From Yuukianura sp. NJ FZ-2021 (lineage: Eukaryota): DNA of 64,000 bases. The number at the start of each line of letters is the position of its first letter. The first letter of the stretch is position 1. This document shows, in pieces, positions 1 through 11,359 of the stretch. The notes under the pieces are model-generated. The model searched no databases, was not told where the DNA came from, and saw only the letters and a list, made by a program, of their open reading frames with translations. Both the position numbers and the translations under genes were made by a program. The stretch covers positions 2,666,001 to 2,730,000 of the forward strand of contig CM102283.1 in NCBI GenBank assembly GCA_046563655.1, written 5' to 3'.

Positions 1-935
1 AATAACAAAATAGAAGCAAGTGGGAGCGAAAATAAACAGTTGAATTGTGTTAAATATAAATAAATAATTTTGTGGTAATGTGCTTCTGAAACTGTCGAGT
101 GAAGGAATTGAGATTTCAACAATGATAGTACAATATCTATGGTTAGAATGCCAATAATTGCATACTGAAGGTACTTGTGCATCAGCAAGTAACCATGTAT
201 CCATATAAGTAGTAACAACACAATTGTAGCACAATATGCAATGTAAATCTTTCCATTTGAGTAGTCGCTGTATGTCCAAATCCAGTCAAGTATTGTTTCA
301 AAAAGAAGTTCAGTACCTTCAATTACTACAACCGTAAAAACCAGCACGAAACCCGGTATCACATATTTAATCACAGTGCAGTAAGTCCTCAGAAACAGAA
401 AATGAAGATTTTTGTCTGATACAAAAAGTAGTTCCTCTTCAGTGCAAAATAAAAGTTTTATTATTAGTATTAAAAAATTATAAGCAAAAGTTTAAGTTGA
501 CACCAAATTAAAATTAGTGATTTTTTCTTAAAAAGTGTACTACGTTAGTTTACAATTACCTGGTTTCGATGTCAAAGCATGATACAATACGTTCATATAT
601 TGTTGCCAGTGTTGTCTTCCCCAAATCGCCATTATATCTAAGCTGATGTTGTGCATACCAAGCAACAAGAGTCCACCAAATCCTGCAGTAAAAATCGGAT
701 CCAATCCAGCGCCGTAATTTATACAATTCAACGTCATCACCAAAATGACACTACTGCAGTCGAAAATCAAAAGCAGCAACGCATTTTTACGATACTCCGT
801 GGACTCGTCCAATATAAATTTATTGTGGCGCTTGCTAAAAATCAGCGGATTTTGATAAGTGTGATGAGCATTTTGTATACCAAGTAGCAACAAGGCTACA
901 ACTTGCTTCCGATTTTCTGAAATACCTCTGACCAT
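1..935 (-). CDS. Gustatory-receptor-like 7TM chemoreceptor, copy A (3' end outside window)
   Basis: ATG at 935. Exon 1 is 935-560 (376 nt, phase 1) and exon 2 runs from 436 off the window. It is paralogous to copy B and 21 nt shorter, in frame, near 80-100. Confidence 0.7.
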
Positions 936-1534
936 GGTAATAAAGGACAAGCAAGAATTAACTTTCGAAATGTTCAACTATTGGATCTACTCGTTTTATT
1001 CAACCGCTCACTTAATAACGATAGGCTATAAACGATAGAAAAAAATATTGGCAAACAACATGTTTGTGGAATACGGTTTCTAATCTTGGCTTTGTAATGT
1101 TTAAATTCTTAAAATTTTTTAGATAAAGATGTTTTACACAATTCCTTTGGTAATATGTGGTACAGAATATCTGTGTGAATGTCTAATATCTATTTGAATT
1201 CATTCCTAGCTCACTTTTTCCATGAAGCAGTAAACAAAATGTTTTCGAAGTACTTACATAAAAAACTAAAAACTTACTTCCTAACATAAAATGGGTAAAA
1301 ACGAACTAGGGTTTGACGTTTGATTACTTTTAAAATTGTAAAAGCCTAACCTAATTCATTTCATTTTTTTATCTTTATGATCCGAGGTTTCCACAATTTA
1401 GTGCTCAAAGGTTGCGCGCATTACTTTTGGAGAGGTTTACCAATAGATATGACTTTAGGAGAAGACAATTAAATAATCATATATTTTAAGTTATTAATTT
1501 ATTTACGTTTTATTTTTTATTATTTACATTTTAA

Positions 1535-2988
1535 TTAAGCTCCATTAAGCGTCAGTGTTAAACTTATGATATAGTTTATCATATTTTGATTTACAGTGAT
1601 CACAATACCTTTGTCACAATAGTTAAATTCCCCACACCTGAATCCACATTTCCTAAGTGATTTGACTACCATGACATTATATGCATTACCATTTGCACTT
1701 TTACCCAATTGGTCTATATACTCACATGACCTGACATAAATCATTGCTCCTCCTATAATACATATATTTAAAAATATGAAAACGAGTGCAGCGCCACTGA
1801 AAAAAGTAAAAGACGCAAGAGACAATCCAAATCGAAAGCTAACACTAAAGAAAACTACGGAAAATGCTGTACCGAATAGCACATAAGAAGCAATTGGGAA
1901 CGAACATAAACAATTCAATTGTGTTAAATATAAATAAATAAGCTTGTGGTAACTTGCTTGTGACAGCAAAGTCCTTGTAACTGTTGAACATGAGTGGCGG
2001 AATTGAGACTTCAGCATTGATAGCGATATATTTGTGGATAAAATTGCAATAATTGCATACTGAATGTACTTGTGCATCACCAAGTAACCTTGTATGAATA
2101 AAAGTGGTAACAACACAATTGTAGCACAATATGCCATGTACATCTTTGTATTTGAGTAGTCGCTGGACATCCAAATCCGGTTAAGGATTGTTTCAAAAAG
2201 AAGTTCAGTAGATTCAAATACTACAACTACAAAAACCAGCACGAAACCATGTACCACATATTTAGTTGTGGTGCAGAAAGTCCTCAGAATTACAAAATGG
2301 ACATCTTTGTCCAGTACAAAAAGTATTTCGCCTATTACACAAATTAAAATGGTGTAATAAACACCATAAAAGTTTAATTAAAACTAGGAATGTTTTCCTG
2401 AACACTTTCTTACGAGGTAAACCTTTTAACGTGAGCTCGAAATTTTGAACTTAAAAATTACACTAATATTCTACATGTCAACAAAAAATTCTACAGTAGT
2501 TTCGGTTGCCAACGCCAAAAAATATACCCCGACTGTATATGACTGTAACTTTTAAATTTAAAATTTCGAAATCACGTCAAAAGGTTTCCCTCGTTAGTTA
2601 TTTCACAATTACCTTTTTTTGATGTCAACACATGATACAATATGTTCGTGTACTGTTGCCAGTTTTGTTTTCCCCAAATTGCCATTACATCTAAGACGAT
2701 GTTGTGCATACCAAGCAACATGATTCCACTAAAGCCTGAAGTTAAAATGGGATCCAATCCAGCGACATCATTTATACATATCAACGTGATTAACAAAATC
2801 ACACCACTGCAGTCAAAAATCAAGAGCAGGAAAGCATTTCTATGATACTCCACGGACTCGTCCAATATAAATTTATTGTGGCGCTTGCTAAAAATCAGCG
2901 GATTTTGATAAGTGTGATGAGCATTGTGTATAGCAAGAAGCAAAAAGGCTACAACTTGCTTCCGAGTTTCTGAAATACTTCTGGCCAT
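1535..2988 (-). CDS. Gustatory-receptor-like 7TM chemoreceptor, copy B (intact, 390 aa)
   Basis: Exons 2988-2613 and 2331-1535 splice GT-AG in phase to give 1173 nt. The protein has many hydrophobic segments. The C-terminus GEFNYCDKGIVITVNQNMINYIISLTLTL resembles the last-helix region of arthropod GR/7tm_7 proteins. The family call is by resemblance, not a search. Confidence 0.72.
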
Positions 2989-3573
2989 GGTAAAGGACAA
3001 GCAAGAATTAACTTTCGAAATATTCAACTTTTGGATCTACTTGTTTTATTAAACCGCTCATTTAATAACGATAGGCAGAAAAAAAATATTGGCAAACAAA
3101 CATGTTTTTGAAAGACAGTTTCTAATCTTGTCTTTGTAATGTTTAAATTTTTAAGGAATTTTGCATAAGGATGTTTTACACAATTCCTTTGGTAATATGT
3201 AGCACAGAATATCTGTGTGAATTTCTAATATTCGTTTGAGTTGATTCGGAGCTCACTTTTTCCATGAAGCAGTAAACAAAATGTTTTCGAAGTACTTACA
3301 TAAAAAACTAAAAACTTACTTCCTAACATAAAATGGGTAAAAACGAAGTAGGGTTTGGCGTTTGATTACTTTTAAAATTGTAAAAGCCTAACCTTATTCA
3401 TTTCATTTTTTTTATCTTTATGATCCGAGGTTTCCACAATTTAGTGCTCAAAGGTTGCGCGCATGACTTTTGGAGAGGTTTATCAATAGATATTTAGGAG
3501 AACACAATTAAATAATCATATATTTTAATTTATTAATTTATTTACGTTTTATTTTTTATTATATACATTTTAA

Positions 3574-5026
3574 TTAAGCTCCATTAAGTGTCAATGTTAA
3601 ACTTATGATATAATTTATCATATTTTGATTTACAGTGATCACAATACCTTTGTCACAATAGTTAAATTCCCCACACCTGAATGCACATTTCCTAAGTGAT
3701 TTGACTACCATGACATTATATGCAATACCATTTGCACTTCTATCCAATTGGTCTATATACTCACATGACCTGACATAAATCATTGCTCCTCCTATAATAC
3801 ATATATTTAAAAATGTGAAAATGAGTGTAGCGCCACTGAAAAAAGTAAAAGACGCAAGAGACAATCCAAATCGAAAGCTAACACTAAAGAAAACTACGGA
3901 AAATGATGTACCGAATAGCACATAAGAAGCAATTGGGAACGAACATAAACAATTAAATTGTGTTAAATATAAATAAATAAGCTTGTGGTAACTTGCTTGT
4001 GACAGCAAAGTTCTTGTAACTGTTGAACTTGAGTGACGGAATTGAGACTTCAACATTGATAGCGAAATATTTACGGATAAAATTCCACTAATTGCATACT
4101 GAATGTACTTGTGCAACAGCAAGTAACCGTGTATGAATACAAGTGGTAACACCACAATTGTAGCACAATATGCCATGTACATCTTTGTATTTGAGTAGTC
4201 GCTGGACGTCCAAATCCAGTTAAGGATTGTTTCAAAAAGAAGTTCAGTAGATTCAAATACTACAACTGCAAAAACCAGCACGAAACCATGTACCACATAT
4301 TTAGTTGTGGTGCAGAAAGTCCTCAGAATTAGAAAATGGGCATCTTTGTCCGGTACAAAAAGTATTTCGCCTATTACACAAATTAAAATGGTGTAATAAA
4401 CACCATAAAAGTTTAATTAAAACTAGGAATGTTTTCCTGAACACTTTCTTACGAGGTAAACCTTTTAACGTGAGCTCGAAATTTTGAACTTAAAAATTAC
4501 AGTCATATTCTACATGTCAACAAAAAATATTACATTAGTTTCGGTTGCCAACGCCAAAAAATATACCCCGACTGTATATGACTGTAACTTTTAAATTTAA
4601 AATTTCGAAATCACGTCAAAAGGTATCCCTCGTTAGTTATTTCACCATTACCTTTTTTTGATGTCAACACATGGTACAATATGTTCGTGTACTGTTGCCA
4701 GTTTTGTTTTCCCAAATTGCCATTACATCTAAGGCGATATTGTGCATACCCAGCAACATGATTCCACTCAAGCCTGAAGTCAAAATGGGATCCAATCCAG
4801 CCACATAATTTATATATATCAACGTAATTAACAAAATCACACCACTGCAGTCAAAAATCAAGAGCAGGAAGGCATTTCTACGATACTCCACGGACTCGTC
4901 CAATATAAATTTATTTTGGCGCTTGCTAAAAATAAGCGGATTTTGATAAGTGCGATGAGCATTGTGTATACCAAGTAGCAACAAGGCTACAACCTGCTTC
5001 CGAGTTTCTGAAATACTTTTGGCCAT
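3574..5026 (-). pseudogene. GR-like chemoreceptor copy C with a 1-nt deletion in exon 1
   Basis: Exon 1 (5026-4652) is 375 nt versus 376 nt in copies A and B, with CCC at 4711-4713 versus CCCC in copy B. Exon 2 (4370-3574) is intact. A homopolymer sequencing error is possible. Confidence 0.6.
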
Positions 5027-5592
5027 GAAAGCGTACAAACAAGAATTCAGTTCAGAAATACTCAACTTTTGGATTTACTCGTTTTATTAAACCACTTAAT
5101 GCTAGTGCTAAACCGAAAAGAATCGTGGCAAAAAAAAATGTTTTTGGAATCGGTTTCACCTTGTGTTGGAGATGTTTAAATTTTTAAGTTTCAATAAGGA
5201 CACGTTTTCTCCATTTCTTTTGGTGATATTTAATATGAATTTAATTTCCTTGAATTGATTCGCTCACTTTTTCCATCAGGCGGTAACACTTAATGTTTTG
5301 CAAGTACTTAAATTAGTAAACTATCGTACCGCCTTTTAGAACCAAACAGGAATAGGGCAGAAAAGATAAAAACGGACAAAGGTTTATTGATTGATTTTAA
5401 TGTTGAGTCATTTCATTATGTTGGTGCCATTAATTTTCAAATTACAAAAGTCTGCATTCATTTCATTTTCTTTTATTTTTTTGACCCAAGGTTTCCAAAT
5501 TTCCTACGATTGCAATTTAAGATAAAATTGAAGTAAAATAAATTCATTTAAAATTTTACTTAAATTAAATAAAATTTAAGTAAAAGTAAAAT

Positions 5593-5689
5593 ATTTAAGT
5601 AAAATTCAAAACAACTTTTTCTTTATTAGAAAAAAAATTCAGAATTTTTTTTCTAATAAAGAAAAAGTTCTTTTGAATTTTACTTAAAT
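5593..5689. repeat. Near-perfect AT-rich palindrome, ~48-bp arms
   Basis: atttaagtaaaattcaaaacaactttttctttattagaaaaaaaattc-a-gaattttttttctaataaagaaaaagttcttttgaattttacttaaat, with one mismatch. Confidence 0.85.
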
Positions 5690-5795
5690 TGTTTTTGTTT
5701 GAAGCGTTTTGTTTGGCAATCGGCGTCGTTGGGCTCATTTAGCAAAAGATGAAAGTTAACTTTCTACGGTGGGAATTTCAAAATGTTGGTTTTAG

Positions 5796-6989
5796 TTATT
5801 AAGTAGCGAAAGTATGAGCTACTTTATGTTTTTCCCCGAGTCTGTCTGTCTGTCCGTCCGTCTGCTGGTCAAGCTAGCTCTGGAACCGCTGGACCGATTT
5901 TCAATCTGTCTTCACAGATGAACTTGACATGGTCTGGGGGTGAACAATCGGTGACCCGTTTGACCGGAAGTAGACCCCTTAAGGGTCAAAGGTCAAGGTC
6001 AAATACATTTTTGACAGAAATCGAGAAAATGACCTCTACAAAAGTTTTCATCTCATCGAACTGAACAACTTTTGTATAGGTGACCTTGACCTTTGAGCTG
6101 TGGTTCTGGAGATATAGACCTTAGAAGTTGCATAATGGGTCGCTCGTGCTATTCGCGTCTATAACTCCAGAACCACTGGAGCGATTTTCAATCTGTCTTC
6201 ACATTTCTACTTCACATATTCCAGGGGTGTCTAATCAGTATCCAGCTTGACCGGATGTTCTCCTGGTCCGGGTCAAAGGTCAAATACATTTTTGACAGAA
6301 ATCGGGAAAATGACCTATACAAAAGTTGTTCATCTCATCGAGACGAACAACTTTTGTACGGGTGACCTTGACCTTTGACTTAGGGCTCTGAAGATATAGA
6401 CCTTAGAAGTTGCATAATGGTGTCGCTCGTGCTATTCGCGTCTATAACTCCAGAACCACTGGACCGATTTTCAATCTGTTGCCACATTTGCGTTTCACAT
6501 ATTCCAGGGGTGTCTATTCAGTGTCCAGCTTGACGGGAAGTTGTCCATGTCCAGGTCAAAGGTCAAGGTCAAACACTTTATTTACGGAAATCGAAAAAAT
6601 GACTTCTGCAAAAGTTGTTTATTTCATTGGGCTGAACAACTTTTGTAAAGGTGACCTTGACCTTTGATCTACGGTTACAGAGATACAGACGATAGAAGTT
6701 GCAAAATTGCGTCCCTCGTCCTACTCAGGGATGCATGACCTACTTTATGTTTTCCCCCGAGTCTGGCTGTCTGTCCGTCTGCTTGTCTGTCTGTCTGTCC
6801 TTCTGCATGTCCGCACTTTAACTATACCTCCAAAACCCCTGGACCGATTTGCAATCTGTCTTCGTAAATCGGTTTGTCATAGCCTGGAGTGATTAATACG
6901 GCTCCGGTTTGACCGGAAGTGCACAATTTCCGGATTGTGTGCTCTAGCTTCCTTTCGCTACTTACGTACGGCGTTTACTACGGTTTATT
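5796..6989 (+). mobile_element. DINE-1/Helentron-like non-autonomous element with ~285-bp internal tandem repeats
   Basis: Subterminal inverted repeat aagtagcgaaag (5801-5812) / ctttcgctactt (6952-6963). A GTCY microsatellite lies at ~5840 and again at ~6760. Internal units start at ~5881, 6170, 6452 and 6832. Flanks are T-rich. Confidence 0.75.
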
Positions 6990-8772
6990 CATTAGGTTGA
7001 GACTATAGCTCAGTATAGAGTGAAGACAAAGAAAAAACGAAAGATGCTATTAGTGTCTCCTTTGTTTGTCTACTTTTAGGTGCTGCAGATTGTCTTCTCT
7101 GTAGCAGTAGCAGTGAGGGCCAGTAGTCGAATTAACCAACAAATCAATCACTATACGCTACTTTAACTTCTGTCTTCTTCCAAATACTTCCTGTTTAAAA
7201 TTTTGAAATTTGAAACTTTTAATTTTGAAATTGAAACTTCAAATTTAAAGAGGGTAAGTTCCAATTACTACCGAAATGGTGATCGATAGCATTCGCTAAT
7301 TTATTATTTGGAACAATTTCAGAAGGTGTCACGACGCATGACGATTAATACGTCTTAAAATTATTTTTATTTTAGCGCATGACGACGTCGTCATTTTTTT
7401 AAACTTTTTTTTCTACTTCGGCGCATGACTATGAATCGAAAATTTTTAATGCGGCGCATGACCACTATGAGTTTAGGGTCATAAAAAACTGATTTCTAAA
7501 GCGTCGTTTTCACTTTCCAAAGGAAAAAATTTCCTAGGTTTTCTCGGGTCGTAAATTATTGTCACAAGTATTATATTTTATTATTTCATTTTTTTCAAAT
7601 TACATATTGAAATTTAAAAAAAAACTCAAAAAAAAGTTTTTAGTTAAGTTATGCTACTATTTTTAAATAGTACTGTATGCCCAAAAGTTGAGAAGTACGA
7701 ATACATAGGAATAAAACTAACATTTTTGAAGACATATTGTAGGTACGACTAAAAGTTGACTTTTAAAATACATAATTCTTGAAAATTGAAAACACAAGTT
7801 AAACAAAATTTTGTTTTCGATGTGCAAAATTTTTGCACTGTGATGTCACTGACATGGTCTCATACACCACCCGCTCCTACTTGAAATTGATAGATCCGTC
7901 TTATGGCCTTGGAATTTACCAATACAATTGAAAGTTCAATTGAATTAGGATCTCATCACCTACGTAAGTCTCGTGATGATGACATTAACCCAATTGATTA
8001 CAATATTTTTAACTAAACACGGGAAATTTACATTACACTTGTCACAAAACACTCGCCTGATACATGATGTCACAAATACTTCCAGGACGTTTGTGGGTAT
8101 TTGAGATGAGATGACTTTCAACAGAGGTCGAATGGAACTACGTGACCCGGATCATAGAATCACTTTGCCTAACGCAAGACAAAGCATCACCCGATGCTTC
8201 AAAATACTTGACAATACTTTCGTTCACTAACCAAGTTCACTTGTGACGTGAAGAACAATACTTGCATACTGCTAGGAAAAAATGTACTCAAATGGGAAAC
8301 CCTATACTTGTGAATACTTGTGAAAAAGTGTGCCCAAAAAACTTGCAAAATGGGAAATACTAAATGTGTCACCTCAAATTACGTGTTACAGATTATCAGT
8401 TTGCGCTTTGTCTGATAAAATTTCAACTTAAAACTTCAGATCATCTGAAATTGTCAAAAATTACTGAAAGTTGGCAAATTTTGATGGGCAGATTGTGAGC
8501 TGATATCAAAAATGTGATAGTAGACTCATGTTAAATTAACAATGGAAAGTGAATTAACTAATTGTAAAATAAAATTAGTTGAATTATGTCATGGTTTAAT
8601 GTTGAGAGTAAATTCGTGTCACTGTCAAGCATTTTGGATACTAATGTGTGTGACCTAATCCAGAATGTGTATCTGGTATAGCGTCATTTGAAATAGATAT
8701 GACTTAGGAGAACACAATTTAATAACTACATATTTTAATTTATTAAACATATTTTAATAATTTATATTTTAA

Positions 8773-9570
8773 TTAAGCTCCTTTAAGTGTCAATGTTAAG
8801 CTTATGATATAATTTATCATATTTTGATTTATAGTGATCACAAAACTTTTGTCACAATAATTGAATTCCCCACATTTGACTACACATTTCCTAAGTGATT
8901 TGACTACCATAACATTATATGCAATACCATTTGAAGTTCTATCCAATCGTTCTATATAGTCACATGACCTGACATAAATCATTGCTCCTCCTATAATACA
9001 TATATTTAAAAATGTGAAAATGAGTGTAGCGCCACTGAAAAAAGTAAAAGACGCAAGAGACAAGCCAAATCGAAAGCTAACACTAAAGAAAACTACACAA
9101 AATGCTGTACCGAATAGCACATAAGAAGCAAGTGGGAACGAGCATAAACAATTAAATTGTGTTAAATATGAATAAATAACTTTGTGGTAACTTGCTTGTG
9201 ACAGCAAAGTCCTTGTAACTGTTGAACATGAGTGGCGGAATTGAGACTTCAGCATTGATAGCGAAATATTGACGGATAAGTTTCCAATAATTACATACTG
9301 AATGTACTTGTGCAACAGCAAGTAACCATCTATCCACACAAGCGGCAACACCACAATTGTAGCACAATATGCAATGTAAATCTTTGTATTTGAGTAGTCG
9401 CTGGACGTCCAAATCCAGTTAAGGATTGTTTCAAAAAGACGTTCAGTACCTTCAAATACTACAAACGTAAAAACCTAGCACGAAACCCTGTAGCACATAT
9501 TTAGATGTGGTGCAGAAAGTTCTCAGAAACAGAAAATGAACATCTTTGTCCGATACAAAAAGTATTTCGC
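8773..9570 (-). pseudogene. GR-like chemoreceptor copy D, exon 2 (1-nt insertion; exon 1 probably in the N gap)
   Basis: Exon 2 is 798 nt versus 797 nt in copies B and C, with an extra T at ~9476 (acctagc versus accagc). Sequence after the gap matches the upstream spacer of the other units. Confidence 0.6.
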
Positions 9571-9710
9571 CTATAACACAAATTAAAATGGTGTAATAAA
9601 CGCCAAGTTTAATTAAAATTAGGAATGTTTTCCTGAATACTTTCTTACGAGGGAAACCTCTTGATGTGATCTCAAAATTTTGAATTTAAAAATTAAAGTC
9701 ATATTCTGTA

Positions 9711-9963
9711 TGTCAAAAAAACGTTTCTGCAGTAGTTTCAGTTGCCAACGCCAAAAAATATACCCCGACCAGGACTCGAACCCGTGGCCCAAAAAACTAA
9801 CTAACTCGAATTCCCGAACAGAAAACGTCCAGAATGAATTTTCTATTGAAGAATTCGACAAAAAAAATTATTCTCTCGTTTCTCTGAAGAGGGACCACTT
9901 GTTCGAGTCACGTTCGGGGTAATTTTTTTTGGACCTATCTACTGTAGTAAATTTTTTGTGACA
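9711..9963. mobile_element. Small foldback element with tRNA-T-arm-like inverted arms, in the intron of GR copy D
   Basis: Imperfect ~65-bp inverted arms, with inner parts taccccgaccaggactcgaac (9761-9781) and gttcgagtcacgttcggggta (9901-9921). Confidence 0.55.
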
Positions 9964-10002
9964 CACAGAATGACTGTAATTTTTAAATTTAAATTTTCGA
10001 GA

Positions 10003-10102
10003 NNNNNNNNNNNNNNNNNNNNNNNNNNNNNNNNNNNNNNNNNNNNNNNNNNNNNNNNNNNNNNNNNNNNNNNNNNNNNNNNNNNNNNNNNNNNNNNNNN
10101 NN
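10003..10102. other. Assembly gap (100 N)
   Basis: Run of N. Confidence 1.
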
Positions 10103-10572
10103 CTCATTTTTTCCATGCGGCAGTAAAAAGTCAATATTTTGCAAATACTTGAATTAGTAATGCTACTGCCTTTTAGAACTACTAATAAGCTGGGTGGCAA
10201 ATTCTATAAAATTGGTGAAAAACGGAATAGGGTTTTGTAGGTGTTTGATTAATTTTCAGGCAGAGTCATTATTTTTATGCCGTATGATTTGAAATTGCAA
10301 AAGTCTAGTAATTTCATTTCATTTTTTTAAATATTTCTGACCCAAATGTTTCCATAATTCCTTCCCACGAATTCAATTTCGGTTAAAGTGAAAGTCACTC
10401 AAATGGGCTGTAAAATTGAAAATTATTTGGAATGCGCGGTATTAAGCGGCTAAGCACTGATTCTACCGACCGCATATTTGAACTGCCCCCATCCTCCCCT
10501 ACTTGGAAGTTACAAAAAAATGAATTAAAGAAACAATGTGTTTTGGCAAAAAAAAAATGATTTTCGGTATAA

Positions 10573-10671
10573 AGCTATACTTTGTGGTAGAGGAATGCCC
10601 GTTTTTTCAATTAAGTTAAGGATGGCGGCCATTTTGAAAAAACGGGCATTCCTCTACCACAAAGTATAGCT
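10573..10671. repeat. Perfect 38-bp inverted repeat (MITE-like hairpin)
   Basis: agctatactttgtggtagaggaatgcccgttttttcaa (10573-10610) is the exact reverse complement of 10634-10671. Confidence 0.9.
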
Positions 10672-10927
10672 GGTATATTGAATTTTATGTTCTTTATTGC
10701 AAATTTTTTTGAGTTTACATATCATTTAAAAGCTTCTTTAGTATGTGTTAGGTTAGGCTCGGTTAGGTTACACCACCACTATCATGTGTTTTGTTGGCTA
10801 ACCTAACGAAGCAAGAAATAGTACAATGCATGAATGTATCCTTGAACGTGCCTCGTTCAAAATAATATGCCATGAATTATTAATTATTGAAATATGAAGA
10901 AAACTAAAAATTGGCAATACATAAAAA

Positions 10928-11359
10928 TTAATTTTCCTTGACGTAAGCACAAGCAAAAATAAATTCCTCATCGTTAAGTGCTCCTGCTTTGTGATCACCG
11001 AATTTGTTGATGATCATATCTACATACTCATCCGTAAATTTAGTAATGTCACTAAACAAGTCAATTAAAGCAATAATTAATTCCGTTTTCTCAATGTACC
11101 CCGAACCATCTTTATCAAATCCATTGAAAATCCCTGTCCATGACAAATACAATTCATACAAGTTGACAAACCCTGTCATGTCAATAGAGCCTTGACCTTC
11201 ATCAAAAAGGCTAATCAAAATATTGCAAACAGCAAGAGACGCTTTCTCTCCTTGTCCGTTCAGGGCGGTATGAAGTTCTTCTGCAGAAATTCGACCAGAA
11301 TTATTTGAATCCACTGCATCAAAAATTTTTTGAAATTCTTCTTCAGTAATTCCACTCAT
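10928..11359 (-). CDS. Penta-EF-hand-family (PDCD6/sorcin/peflin-like) calcium-binding protein, 143 aa
   Basis: EF loops DSNNSGRISAEE and DKDGSGYIEKTE are present with PEF-like spacing (EL..AL, F..FD.D.SG.I...EL..AL). A 5'UTR intron is likely (donor ~11486, acceptor ~11370). Confidence 0.85.
   Translation of the reverse strand: MSGITEEEFQKIFDAVDSNNSGRISAEELHTALNGQGEKASLAVCNILISLFDEGQGSIDMTGFVNLYELYLSWTGIFNGFDKDGSGYIEKTELIIALIDLFSDITKFTDEYVDMIINKFGDHKAGALNDEEFIFACAYVKEN

Noticed and set aside
10748-10770. Short TTAGG runs (also ~27562, 50691 and 52653)
   Set aside because: Only 2-3 units each, too short to call interstitial telomere.
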